Source of the DNA: Azolla caroliniana
Taxonomy: Eukaryota > Plantae > Polypodiophyta
DNA: 64,000 nucleotides
Direction: 5' to 3'
NCBI GenBank assembly: GCA_043228905.1
Contig: JBHGNT010000097.1
Span: forward strand, 27,971 to 91,970
The notes under the pieces are model-generated. The model was not told the origin of the DNA and searched no databases. It worked only from the letters and a program-made list of their open reading frames with translations. Positions 24,969 through 35,153 of the stretch are shown here, in pieces; the stretch's first letter is position 1; each line of letters begins with the position of its first letter. A program made the translations under genes and the position numbers.

Positions 24969-25109
24969 CTTTGCCCCTCCGTGCTGGCTTGGCTGCTGCT
25001 TAAAGCCTTTATGCTTCCCTCAATTAATCGATTTGTGCCACTTTACCACCTTTCAATTCAATTTGATTCAAAAAGTCAGGTCACGTACTCTTATCTAAGC
25101 AGGCTCGGC
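24969..25109. repeat. About 130-bp inverted copy of a segment inside nad7i676g2
   Basis: Reverse complement of about 53692-53824; the ORF track shows the same LLLKAFMLPSINRF...LSRLG peptide twice. Confidence 0.9.
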
Positions 25110-25551
25110 ATGGAAATCATGGGTGGGGTTTTCGGCCACGAAAGGGCAAGGCTTTGCAGTACCAGGTAGGCCTCCATGGGAGAGTGTGATGTACCAAGTC
25201 AATCGTTTGAATCCAGAAAACCTTCCAACTTGCTTGCTTGCTTGCTTGCTTGCTTGAGAATGCAATCTTTCAATTATCAGAACTCAAATGGAATGTGAAA
25301 GCCTGCCTAAGACGACGACAGAGGAATATTTTGAAAATAGCCCATGGAAAGGCGAAGAAGGGTATTAATGGTTGGCATGAAGCAAATGAAGCGTCTGAAT
25401 CAAAGGATAGTTACCTATATAACATTCATTTATATATACTAATATAATGCCATCGCGATATGCCCGGCGAACCGGGTCAGAGTTGTTCTTTTTCGTTCAA
25501 TTACCACATAGAAATCTATCTTATAATTAGTAATAGTAATACAATACATTT

Positions 25552-25624
25552 GGGTGTATAGCTCAGTTGGTAGAGCATTGGGCTTTTAATCTAATGGTCG
25601 CAGGTTCAAGTCCTGCTACACCCA
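25552..25624 (+). tRNA. trnK: tRNA-Lys(UUU)
   Basis: GGGTGTA/TACACCC stem, loop CTTTTAA, GGTTCAAGTCC. Confidence 0.95.
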
Positions 25625-26027
25625 GACTTGAGACTTATAGTAATTACATGATTACAAAAGAAAGTGTACTTCAAAGATCACTCCGCTTCGGCCCAGTTGT
25701 GTTGTTGAAGGGGCCATCTGTAAACGTGGCTAGGCTGTACAGTTAAGTTGCCCCTTGCACTCACCTTACGCCTCGACATCATCCATTCGAAAGCGCGCTC
25801 GCTGAACCGCTCGAGGACGAGGGAAAAAGCTGGCTTGCTTTTCCGCCCGTAGTACCCTCCTATAGAGCTAAGATTGGAGCTGCCTCTTTTTTGTTTGAAA
25901 ATGTCAGAAAGGCAGAGCAAAAAAAGTTGTTGTTTTCGAAAGGAATTGACAGAAAATCTTGTAGATAGAATGGCCGCCTTGACTTCCGAGGCTCGATGAA
26001 ACGGGCTGGCTGCTATGAAACTGCCCA

Positions 26028-26100
26028 ACCTACTTAACTCAGGGGTTAGAGTATCGCTTTCATACGGCGAAAGTCATTGGTTCGAATCCAGTAGTAGGTA
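26028..26100 (+). tRNA. trnM: tRNA-Met(CAU), plastid-type elongator
   Basis: ACCTACT/AGTAGGT stem, loop TTCATAC; sequence resembles chloroplast trnM-CAU. Confidence 0.9.
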
Positions 26101-27001
26101 ACTTGATTTTTCATGCATGGTTTCACTAACCAAGTACCGAGTTCCGTGTTTTCCAGCTTGCATTCGTCGTGAGCCAGAGCCAGTCCTTTGTCGATGGAAG
26201 ACTCGCGGATGAAGCGGTTCATTGCTGCTGCTTTCGTTCCGATACAAATTAGATAGACCGAGCACTATACATGCCGCTATTGCTTCTATGAAATAAAGTA
26301 AATGGGGGGAAGGTCGACCCGCTTTCTACCAGGCGTGCGGAAAGCGATGAAAACCTAACTAAACTAAAGGTCCAATTTTCTGGCTGCCTTATGGTTGAAG
26401 CAATGTTCGGTGGCCCGGCGACTAGTGGATGTGGGACGTGTAACTATCCGATTCTGAAACGAACGCCGATGGTCTCATTGACCCAATTTACCGAGAGAGA
26501 ATTCCGCTAACCATCGTAAGGTGATTAGGTCTGCTGGTTTTCATCGGGGCGGTCCTATGAGATGATTAGAGTGTATCTCATCACATTCCAGATCTATCAA
26601 ATAATCGATTGTAAAAGAGTAATGGATACGGAGAGTTTGACTCATTGAGAGTAGGGCGCAGAAAGTCAAGTCTTGCGATACTTCTCAAGCCAGCCCTTCG
26701 TGGTGCCTGACGGAATTGTCTAAAGCTGTTCTCGGCTCTGGTAACAGAGTTCGCTCCGAAGCTGTCTTGGCTTTTTTTTTGGCCCTCACCGCCTCATGAA
26801 GACGAATGAATGGGCCGCATAGATATTCTTCTGCTAATCTTCTCGAAAGCGGCGCAGTAGTAGCATCTAGGTGTGCAAATGGTTGTAGCGGGGGCTAGGT
26901 CAGTCAGATCATCCGCAGGTGCGCTTGAATGGAAGTTATTGATCTGGAATTCTTTCCTATAGAGACCTGGCCGGCCGGGAAGAACCAGTTGATAACCCAC
27001 G

Positions 27002-27034
<33 letters not shown>

Positions 27035-27349
27035 ACGGCCGAAGAAGCGGTTTTCATCGGCATTCTACCTGCCAAAAAGAAAGCAGAGACTTCTGATTCC
27101 GCGATTTTGGGCGAAGCGGAAGATGTTGTCAATGAATAAAGGTACAGCTTGCTCGTTGACATCTCGGAAATATTCTGCCATTGTTGGGGCTAGGTTGAGC
27201 CAACTCTCATACGAGCTCTTCAACAGAGCTAGTCCGAAAAATTGATAAACGTTAAGAACAACCCTCTTTCATGCATGTTGGAACAAAACCCTTCAATTCA
27301 TCACGGCTTACAGTCTACCGGAATAACCTGCCATTATTCTATCGATTTC

Positions 27350-27900
27350 CTAATGGATGAAGACATGACTGCATGAGATGTTCCAAGTTTCTCCGCCGCA
27401 TGAACCGCCCCGCCGCTGAGGATTCTCATCAGAATCGTATTACTGCTTCCCAGAGAAGAACAGGTTTAACTGATGCTGTTCAAACAGGTATAGAATATTT
27501 CAATGGGGTATAGTATAGCGCTTGGTGTCATGGACTTTTAATTCATGGGAGGTAGTATGGGTTCCGTTTTAGGTAAGAAGATCACTCGCTTAATTGAATA
27601 TGCCACGGATAAGTCTTTGCTAATAATCATTGTCTGTGCTTTCGAAGGGGCACGTATGCAAGAAGGGACGTTGAGCCTAATGCAAATGGCCGAGATTTCC
27701 GCCGCGCCGGCCGTCAAGCCGTTCTACAGATCCATCAAGTTCAGAGAAGATTATTCTATATATCAGTTCCCACCTATCTAACTACGAGTGGTGCTACTGC
27801 TAGTTTTGGTATGTTAGGGACATAATTATCGCTGAGTCCGAGGCATACATAGCATCTGCTGGGAAAAGGGTAATTGAATAAACGTTACGTCAAAAGATAT
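27350..27900 (+). pseudogene. accD: Plastid-derived accD fragment
   Basis: MDEDMTA.DV...RTGLTDAVQTGI...ALGVMDF(TAA)[20 protein letters not shown]...[15 protein letters not shown]...TTSG.TASFGMLG; frameshifts and small insertions. Confidence 0.9.
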
Positions 27901-29559
27901 CGGAAGCTTATCCTTCAGGGTAGGCGAAGCGTCATCCGTGCAGTCCCGGGGAAGTACTGGACCAATGGGATTTCTAAAGGACCAATCCTAGTACAGGGTG
28001 GTAGCGATTCCCATAGAGATCAATAAAAATGAGTTTTCTTTTGCAAAGCAAAAAGCACTAAGGGTCATATGATCATCTTATTGAGAAGAAAAGCAAAAAG
28101 CACTAAGGGTTATATGACCATCTTATTGAGAAGAAAAGCAAAAAGCTATAAATACAAGAAAAGAAGGGAATCTCACGAAACAGATTAGATAAAACATGGA
28201 CATTATCAAAAAGTTTACAGAACGAACTGGAAAGAATACAGAACAAATTGGAAAGATTACAGCAGGCAGGCAGGCAGGCAGGCAGGCAGTTTGACGAAGA
28301 CATTATCATAAACTTAGTTCGTTTACAGAATGAATTGCACGAGGATTCATCATGGCGATTCTTCGAGAGAACGACGCGGAGCTGTTACCGTTCTTTTCCG
28401 TAAAAACTTTTCTTCTGTTCTTGTCATTTTCGATCCTATAATACTTCGGGGCAGGGTCCGCCCCCGAAATTTAGTTGTATCAACCTAACCTTCTGCGCTA
28501 AACTAAATTAGAGCAACGAAAGTTGGTTGCTTTAGGCGAGCAACCTTGCCTTATTCTCTATCGGAGCGGGTCTTCCCCCGACAGCAAGCAATTGTCCGTC
28601 GCATACATAAATGAATATCGATATTACCACAAAATACAAAAAAGAAAAGAAGAATGCAATGAAATTGCTGATATTGTCCAAATAAAAAAAAGCACTAAGG
28701 CATATTTGGTTTGGTCATCTTTAGAGAATAATTCAGCTGGCAGTAGCTGAACTTTACCTAGTTGGTTGCTTTAGGGGATTAATTCCCTTATTCTCTATCG
28801 GAGCGGGTCTTCCCCCGAGAGCAAATGTCCGCCCCCTTTCCCCTCCGAGATTATGAGAAATGTTTCCCTTGCAAATATCAAGAAATTGAGTTGGTCGGCT
28901 CCTCCCAGGGCGGGCGGGGTCCATCTCCATCATCTGCAACACAAGAGAAGATCTCATATCTCTCTTCAACGGTGCTCCTGTCTCGTCTAAGGTAAGTCCT
29001 ATAACCACCAAACCTTGTGCTCTCCCCTTCGCTATCACGTCTCTGTATCCTTTAGAGCGTATAGAATCCTCCAACATGTCACCAAACAAAATGTAGGTCA
29101 GGGGCTCTATAAAAATAGGATTGCTATCGCTGCCGCTTCTTCCTATAATAAGAGTTAGGGTGTACGTAAAGTTTAGGAAATGTCGGCTTAACGTTTTGCA
29201 AATTCAGAGGCGGCTCAAGTAACAAGAGTCAAAGAATGTATATGATACTAACCGTACATTTTTTTTGTTGGTGGCTCAGCGCGCGCTGTTAACCGCTTCA
29301 TCCGCGATTGGTCTACGGTTCAAATCCTGCTTCCGCGGATGAAGCGGGGAGATTTACCCATTTCCGGAAGAAGCCGGCCGAAGAAAAGAAGCGGTTTTCA
29401 TCATGCGGAAGCGGAAGCGGAAGCGGAAGCGGAAGCGGAAGCGGAAGAAGCGGTTGTCTTTCACTCATATGCCAAATCAAATCACGTTGGACTATAGCCC
29501 ATCAATCAGTGAAGAATGAACTATCGTGCTTATTTCAAGCAAGCTCCAATAATTGATGA

Positions 29560-29960
29560 AAGAACCCATAGGTTGGTTTCCCGAGTCACGCATCGCAATA
29601 TACTGGGCTTTCTAGTTCGGGGTTTAGCGATTTGCAATGTAACTTTTTGGGAATTCGTTTTGGCGTGGGTTACTGGACATGCTAGTTTGATGTATCCCAT
29701 TCGATATCTTCGAACCCGAGAGTCGGTAAACTTGACTCCACAATGCTTACGAGAATTGGAATATTCTTCTTCATTATCGACAGATCGGTAGTTTCCGCCC
29801 CCGAATATTCTTTCACGAAATGAACCATCTTTCTCTGGTTTATGAGTCTTGTAATGCAACGTAGAAGGTTAATCAACTTGCCCAGGTCTCCATTCCATTA
29901 GGTAACTCTCTTTCGGCCCAACTGCGAATCTGTTCAGGAGAGGACAGTCCATCGTAAACA
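29560..29960 (-). pseudogene. rpoC1: Plastid-derived rpoC1 5' fragment
   Basis: SPEQIRSWAERELPNG...[17 protein letters not shown]...[26 protein letters not shown]; frameshifted. Confidence 0.9.
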
Positions 29961-29964
29961 GCCA

Positions 29965-30156
29965 TCCTTGATTATTCACGATGATCTTTCTAAACAAGCC
30001 CAAGCTTATCGACAAATCTCTCTGTTACTAAGAAGACCATCTAGCAAGAAGCATATCCGGGAGATGTTTTTCATTTACATTCTTGTCTTTTGGAAAGAGC
30101 GGCTAAATCAAGTCTCCAATTAGGTGAAGGTAGTATGACGGCTCTATCCATTGTTG
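29965..30156 (+). pseudogene. atpA: Plastid-derived atpA internal fragment
   Basis: LII.DDLSKQAQAYRQ.SLLLRRP...[30 protein letters not shown] (plastid-type GEGSMTALP, unlike mitochondrial atp1). Confidence 0.88.
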
Positions 30157-31026
30157 CGGAAATGGAAGGGAAGAGAAAGCTTGTTCGCTTAAAGACTTCT
30201 ATAAAGGGATATAAAGGGCGGGCAACCGAGACTTCTATTTACCCTTTTCTTAGCCTGACAAAACGCACTTCAGGAAAGGGGAATTGACCTTTCAAACCTC
30301 CCTTCCGCCGCGAAGGCGCTTTAGCGTAGTGACCTCCCTTCCTTCCCTCCAATAAATCCCTTTATAAATAGAAAAAGGTGGAATTTCATACTCTAATAGT
30401 AAGAATAAGTGTTCAGTAGGATCAAAACCACGAGCAAAAAGAAAGCGCACAGAAGCCTTGAGAGGAAAGGAAAGGAAAGGAAAGGAAAGGAAAGGAAAGG
30501 AAAGGAAAGGAAAGGAAAGGCGGTATCCTTGAGTAAAGGCGGAGAGTAGGTGCGAGCATTGAAGCTCAGGTTGGAACAAGAACTGGTCTTATTCTTTGTC
30601 GTCTTTCGGAGTATAGAAAGTTCGCGAAAGAGAGCCAATCCCTGATTACGTGTTTATAAAGAAACGGGGTACCGTCGTGCGTGGGGAGAATGCCGCCCGC
30701 CCTTCCGCGACGCTTACGTCTCCAATTAAGATCCCGCGTGCGTACAGGGAAGGGAAGGGAAGGGAAGGGAAGGGAAATCTGAAAAACAAATATTACCCAA
30801 AAACCTATCCACAGGGGGCAGGCTGTCCACCACACTTTACGCGAAATTTCCATAATTTGGTTTTGCGCTATTCTCGAGCCACTCGTCCGGAGCAGGTAGG
30901 CCACACCATTTGCTCAGGGTTGGTGCTAAGATCGGACAGATAGAGAGCTCTGTGGCTCTAGCTCAAAGAGGTTTCGGGTTTTAGTTGCATCTAGCGCATA
31001 ATTGAGATTTGAACCTAATAATTCGC

Positions 31027-31100
31027 TGTTTAGGAGTGGATTTGAACCACTGACCCAAGGATTTTCAGTCCTTTGCTCTAACCAACTGAGCTACCTAAAC
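31027..31100 (-). tRNA. trnF: tRNA-Phe(GAA)
   Basis: GTTTAGG/CCTAAAC stem, loop CTGAAAA, GGTTCAAATCC. Confidence 0.95.
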
Positions 31101-32124
31101 CATGAGAGGAGTCACTACCAACTATTACTACGTCGTCATTGCCCTCTTTGGTCAGAGAAGTAGCCAATTTCTTTTGCATCTCTTAGTGATTGGAGATCGT
31201 ATGCGCTACGCAGGCCATCTTCAGTAATGTTTTTTGGTTGATTGAGGGCCGTCTGACTTTACCGTAGCCGATAAGTAGCGTTAATCGTCTTCATCGCGCT
31301 GATGAAGCAGCGGGTTCATCCACCACCTTGGTTCTTCCCCGCAAGCAACTTCCGCCGTATTATCCATAGCTGTTCATCAAGAAGGCCTAGAGTTAGTTTT
31401 CCGATAAGATTCAAGCTACAATTTCAAACAGCACCTTTTCTTCATGAAGCGCAAGAAAACTGCACTGCGGAAGAAGAAGAAGCGGTAAAAAGTGTAATAT
31501 AAATGGCTACCAAAGTTCTTCTTTTGAACTTTCAAGAAGGCCTGAATATTCATGGATTATTATACGATAATCTTTAATGCGGCTCAGATTGCGGAAAGAA
31601 TTGAATGCTGGAATTTCGAAATTCCGTTGGTAAAATTCAGAAGGATCATGCAAGAAGGCAATATCATCTTCTGGCCATAATCTGCGAATCCAGCAAAGCA
31701 AAGCAAAGCAGCACTTTTCTTTTCACTTTAAACCGAGCCGGCGGCAATCTTGATGAATCACTGGCAAGAAGATGCTTTGCACTTTTCTTTCCACTTTAAA
31801 GCAGCAATCTTTGAACTCGGAAATGGCACTTTTCCCTGCAAGCCTGAAACGCACGCCTTCCCCAAAAGAAAAGCGGAACCACCTAACGAGTATTTTAAAC
31901 AGCAAGCATGATGAACCGGCATGTTCATCAAACCAAACAGGTTCTTCATGCATGCATGAAGGCCTTCATGATGATGAAAACCGCTTCATTGGAATGTCAC
32001 CGTCTCATTGACAACACGAATGATAACGAATTGACAATATGAATAGTCACGTTAGTTTCCCATTCTTAAGCATGGATTATTATACAATAATCTTCATTTG
32101 CTTTTTTACTGTTGACAACATGTA

Positions 32125-32198
32125 GTGCGGGGGCAGGGTTTGAACCCGCAGTCTTCAGGTCATGAGCCTGACGAGTTGGCCATTTACTCCACCCCGCA
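32125..32198 (-). tRNA. trnfM: Initiator tRNA-fMet(CAU), copy 1
   Basis: Reverse complement TGCGGGG...TCAGG CTCATGA CCTGA...GGTTCAAACCC...CCCCGCA. Confidence 0.9.
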
Positions 32199-32563
32199 AG
32201 CAAGCAAGCAATTGATCTCTCTCTAGCGAATCGGAATTTATTTTAGAAAAAAAGAAGCCGGCCAACTCCTATTCAATCTACTTGTGCGGGGGAATGTTTG
32301 CTTGCCCGCAGACCCAACTCCACGTGTTATTGATCGCATTTCCCGCTGTCCGTCCAAATGAACTTGCACTACTGGTTATTAAAGCAGCATTGATGTTACC
32401 TTAAAAGCAGCAAGCGCGCAAGAAAAGAAAAGAAAAGAAGCAAAAACTAGCACTCCCTTACCGGCTAGGTCTCTCCCGGCAGGCCACTGCCGCATTCCCA
32501 AAAAGCAATGTATGGGTTTCTTCCATCACGTCACTGTCGCATCGCTCGTGCTTCGCACTCGCT

Positions 32564-32651
32564 CGGAGGAAATGGGATTCGAACCCATGATACAAGAAGA
32601 TTGTATGTTGATTTAGCAAACCAATGCCTTAAGCCGCTCAGCCATACCTCC
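32564..32651 (-). tRNA. trnS: tRNA-Ser(GCU), copy 1
   Basis: GGAGGTA/TTCCTCC stem, loop TTGCTAA, long variable arm. Confidence 0.93.
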
Positions 32652-32689
32652 GGTTGGGATGGGGGATTCATCAAGCCCCCATCCCGAAG

Positions 32690-32720
<31 letters not shown>

Positions 32721-33455
32721 CTACTTGGGCCAGCATGCACCTATTCTTTCTTTCTTTATCCCGACCGCTCGTCGGTTTACAATGAACTGATTTCGGATTC
32801 GGAGGGCTTCCGAGCCGCCTCGGCGGTTAGTACTAAAAGATCTGGGCGGCGTTAGTCGCCAAGGACTGGCAAAATTACAAAAGGATCTGGGCGGCATTAG
32901 TCGCCAAGGACTGGCCAAATCAGAATAGCAAAATTCTTGAACCATCTCCATCAGTTCAGGAACCACACATTTCTCCAGATCATCGTGACGTACTTCCACG
33001 TATCCACTTAAGAGGAAGTCTTTTCATAATAAATGACCCTCGAAACCGTAATCGGTTAATGTACGGCGTAAATCAGGATAATTAGGAGAATGTAAACCAG
33101 ACGTATCCCGCACTTCTCGCTCCCACCGGCCGGCTGATAGGGATATACTGATTACCAAACTTGCAGAAGTGATTTCATCTACACCAATTCGTACACGAAT
33201 GCATGGGTTATATCAAATGCTTGGTGAGTTATAGACTACTCCGAATCTTCATTTTTGAGAAGGATAATCAACTCCGCGAGTATCGATCGGAATTCCAAGA
33301 CGTATATTGATATGATACCTCGAAAACCACAGGAATTAAAATGGATAGTCCGGAGTGGCGCATAATATGCTTTCTTCCTTCGATGTTCAAAATCTATGTA
33401 TCCGTTTGAAAACCGATAGAACAGTAGCAAATTATTTAAGTGGACTGCAAGCCAT
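32721..33455 (-). CDS. nad9: NADH dehydrogenase subunit 9 (3' end may be an edited CGA at 32901-32903; alternative ATG at 33479)
   Basis: DY.F(Q)FLWF...ID..GVDYPSQK(R)RF.VVYN...WEREV.D..G...PDLRR.LTDYGFEGH.L(R)KDF.LSGYVEVR.DD.EK...ASPW. Confidence 0.93.
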
Positions 33456-34114
33456 GATAAAGTTCAGGCAGGGTTTCATAAAAATCGTAGTGAGCATTGA
33501 TTCTTTATAATCATGGCTGTTTAATCGGAGGGCTGAAACCTTAAGCGAAACCGCGTCGAGGCCGGTCATGAGATTCCGCCGTATCCCGGCAGCCTTATCA
33601 TCAATTAAGGATCCCTACCCAAAGATTCTATATGCTTTTCGTTAGGGTTCCTTGATGGGCGGCTTTGGAATGCGTGCTGGCAACCGCTTCATCCGCGCCA
33701 AAGCGAAAAGGTTCTGGGGCCGTGGTGGGTTCGATTGATGGGCCAATCTTCTCAACTAGTTTTGTGCATATGAAGCAAACTTCTCATTCACAACGTTGGA
33801 AGATCGCATACCCGAGTACGGCGGCTGGGGGGGTTTGCTCTAAAGCCATTCCTACACCAAAAGAAAGGAGCAAGCCAAGGTTCTCATCACGGGCATCCCA
33901 GGGATTGTTATTATACGATAATCCTTGCATCACTCGTGCGAATCGCAAAGCCACCGTTTCCGGATGAATCATGCCTGAACGAGCCAGTCAATAGGGCGGG
34001 TGAAAGTATTGAAGAATCGTGAATTCATTTACCAAATTAATTGTCGACTTGCTGCTGAAGGCGGCGGCTTTAGGTTTTTTTTTCGATCAAATCGTGGATG
34101 GGGTATTCATGGCA

Positions 34115-34201
34115 AGGAAGGGGAGGGATTCGAACCCTCGGTAAACAAGAGTCTACATAGCATTTCCAGTGCTACACTTTAAACCGCTCGGCCACCCTTC
34201 C
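34115..34201 (-). tRNA. trnS: tRNA-Ser(GGA), plastid-type
   Basis: GGAAGGG/CCCTTCC stem, TAGCA CTGGAAA TGCTA anticodon arm, variable arm tgtagactcttgtttacc, GGTTCGAATCC. Confidence 0.88.
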
Positions 34202-34454
34202 TCAGAGAGAGAAAGCCATGGAACAAAGGCAATTGCCAACGATCTTTCTATATACGAAATTTCGGGTTATAGAACAAATTTAGAATAATTCAGACCTCCG
34301 CCGGTGGTTAGAAGCTTACCTAGCGCTAACAGCGTCACAGGGACCAAATGCGGCCGGGTGAAGCCGGCGGTTCATGCGTTAGTGGACCGCAAACACAGAT
34401 TAACTACATGGCCTAGCATTGGCAGGGACCCCTTCAAGTCGATAGCTTTTTGGC

Positions 34455-34489
<35 letters not shown>

Positions 34490-34491
<2 letters not shown>

Positions 34492-34600
34492 GGTATATTA
34501 AGAATACAGAGACGGAAATGGCAATAGGAGCGGAGAACGCTATTGCAGCATTGTAGGGACTACAACATTGTACGCAAGTTCGAATTGACAAAATCAAAGC
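34490..34600 (-). pseudogene. psbD: Short plastid-derived psbD fragment
   Basis: QFELA...PYNA.IAFSAPIAISVSVFLIYP, cut by a (GCTT)n array. Confidence 0.7.
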
Positions 34601-35120
34601 CTAGCATGGTTTTTTGTCGAGGCTATGCTTCGTATCCTGAAACCCAAGAATCGGCGAAGAGAATCTTGAATTTCTCAGGCAGGATTTCATTTCTAGCGCG
34701 AACTGATCAGAAGCCCGCTACGGATAGACCGTCGCTGGGGCCGAAGATAATGGTGGTCCCGTCGAGGCCGAAGATGGTGGTCCCGGGCCGAAGGTGGTGG
34801 TGCCGCGCTGAGGCTTCTTTCATTTCCCGAGGAAGAGTTGTTGCCCTTCTTGCTGATTCGCTGGGGTTCAAGTCCTTATTACTACCGCTGCACGCGGCTG
34901 CGCATTGACTGTGAGCTCATTAGCCGGCAGCTAAGCAGCAATCACACATGGAGAAGACGTGCCAGACCCAGAGATACAAAGGCGTGCGTGCCCGCTTCTT
35001 CCGCCGCGCGCGCGCGCCGGTTCATCCCGGAGGAACCGCAGAGAAGAGATGCACCAGACCTTGCTTGAAAGTTGCAGCCAGCTAGAAAGCTAGAACCGGC
35101 CGGCAGAAAGCTGCCAACAG

Positions 35121-35153
<33 letters not shown>

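Larger units (their letters stand above)
31246..32760 (-). repeat. 1515-bp inverted repeat of 54968-56482 (contains trnS-GCU and trnfM)
   Basis: Coordinates pair with constant sum 87728; mirrored ORFs in the track. Confidence 0.95.

Noticed and set aside
25552-25624. trnK, trnR or trnD as chlamydial-type horizontally acquired tRNAs known from ferns
   Set aside because: The sequences match native land-plant mitochondrial tRNA types as I recall them.
34735-34805. Three ggccgaag..tggtggt.ccg units and other short tandem repeats as a CRISPR-like array
   Set aside because: No unique spacers of constant length, no cas genes, organellar context.
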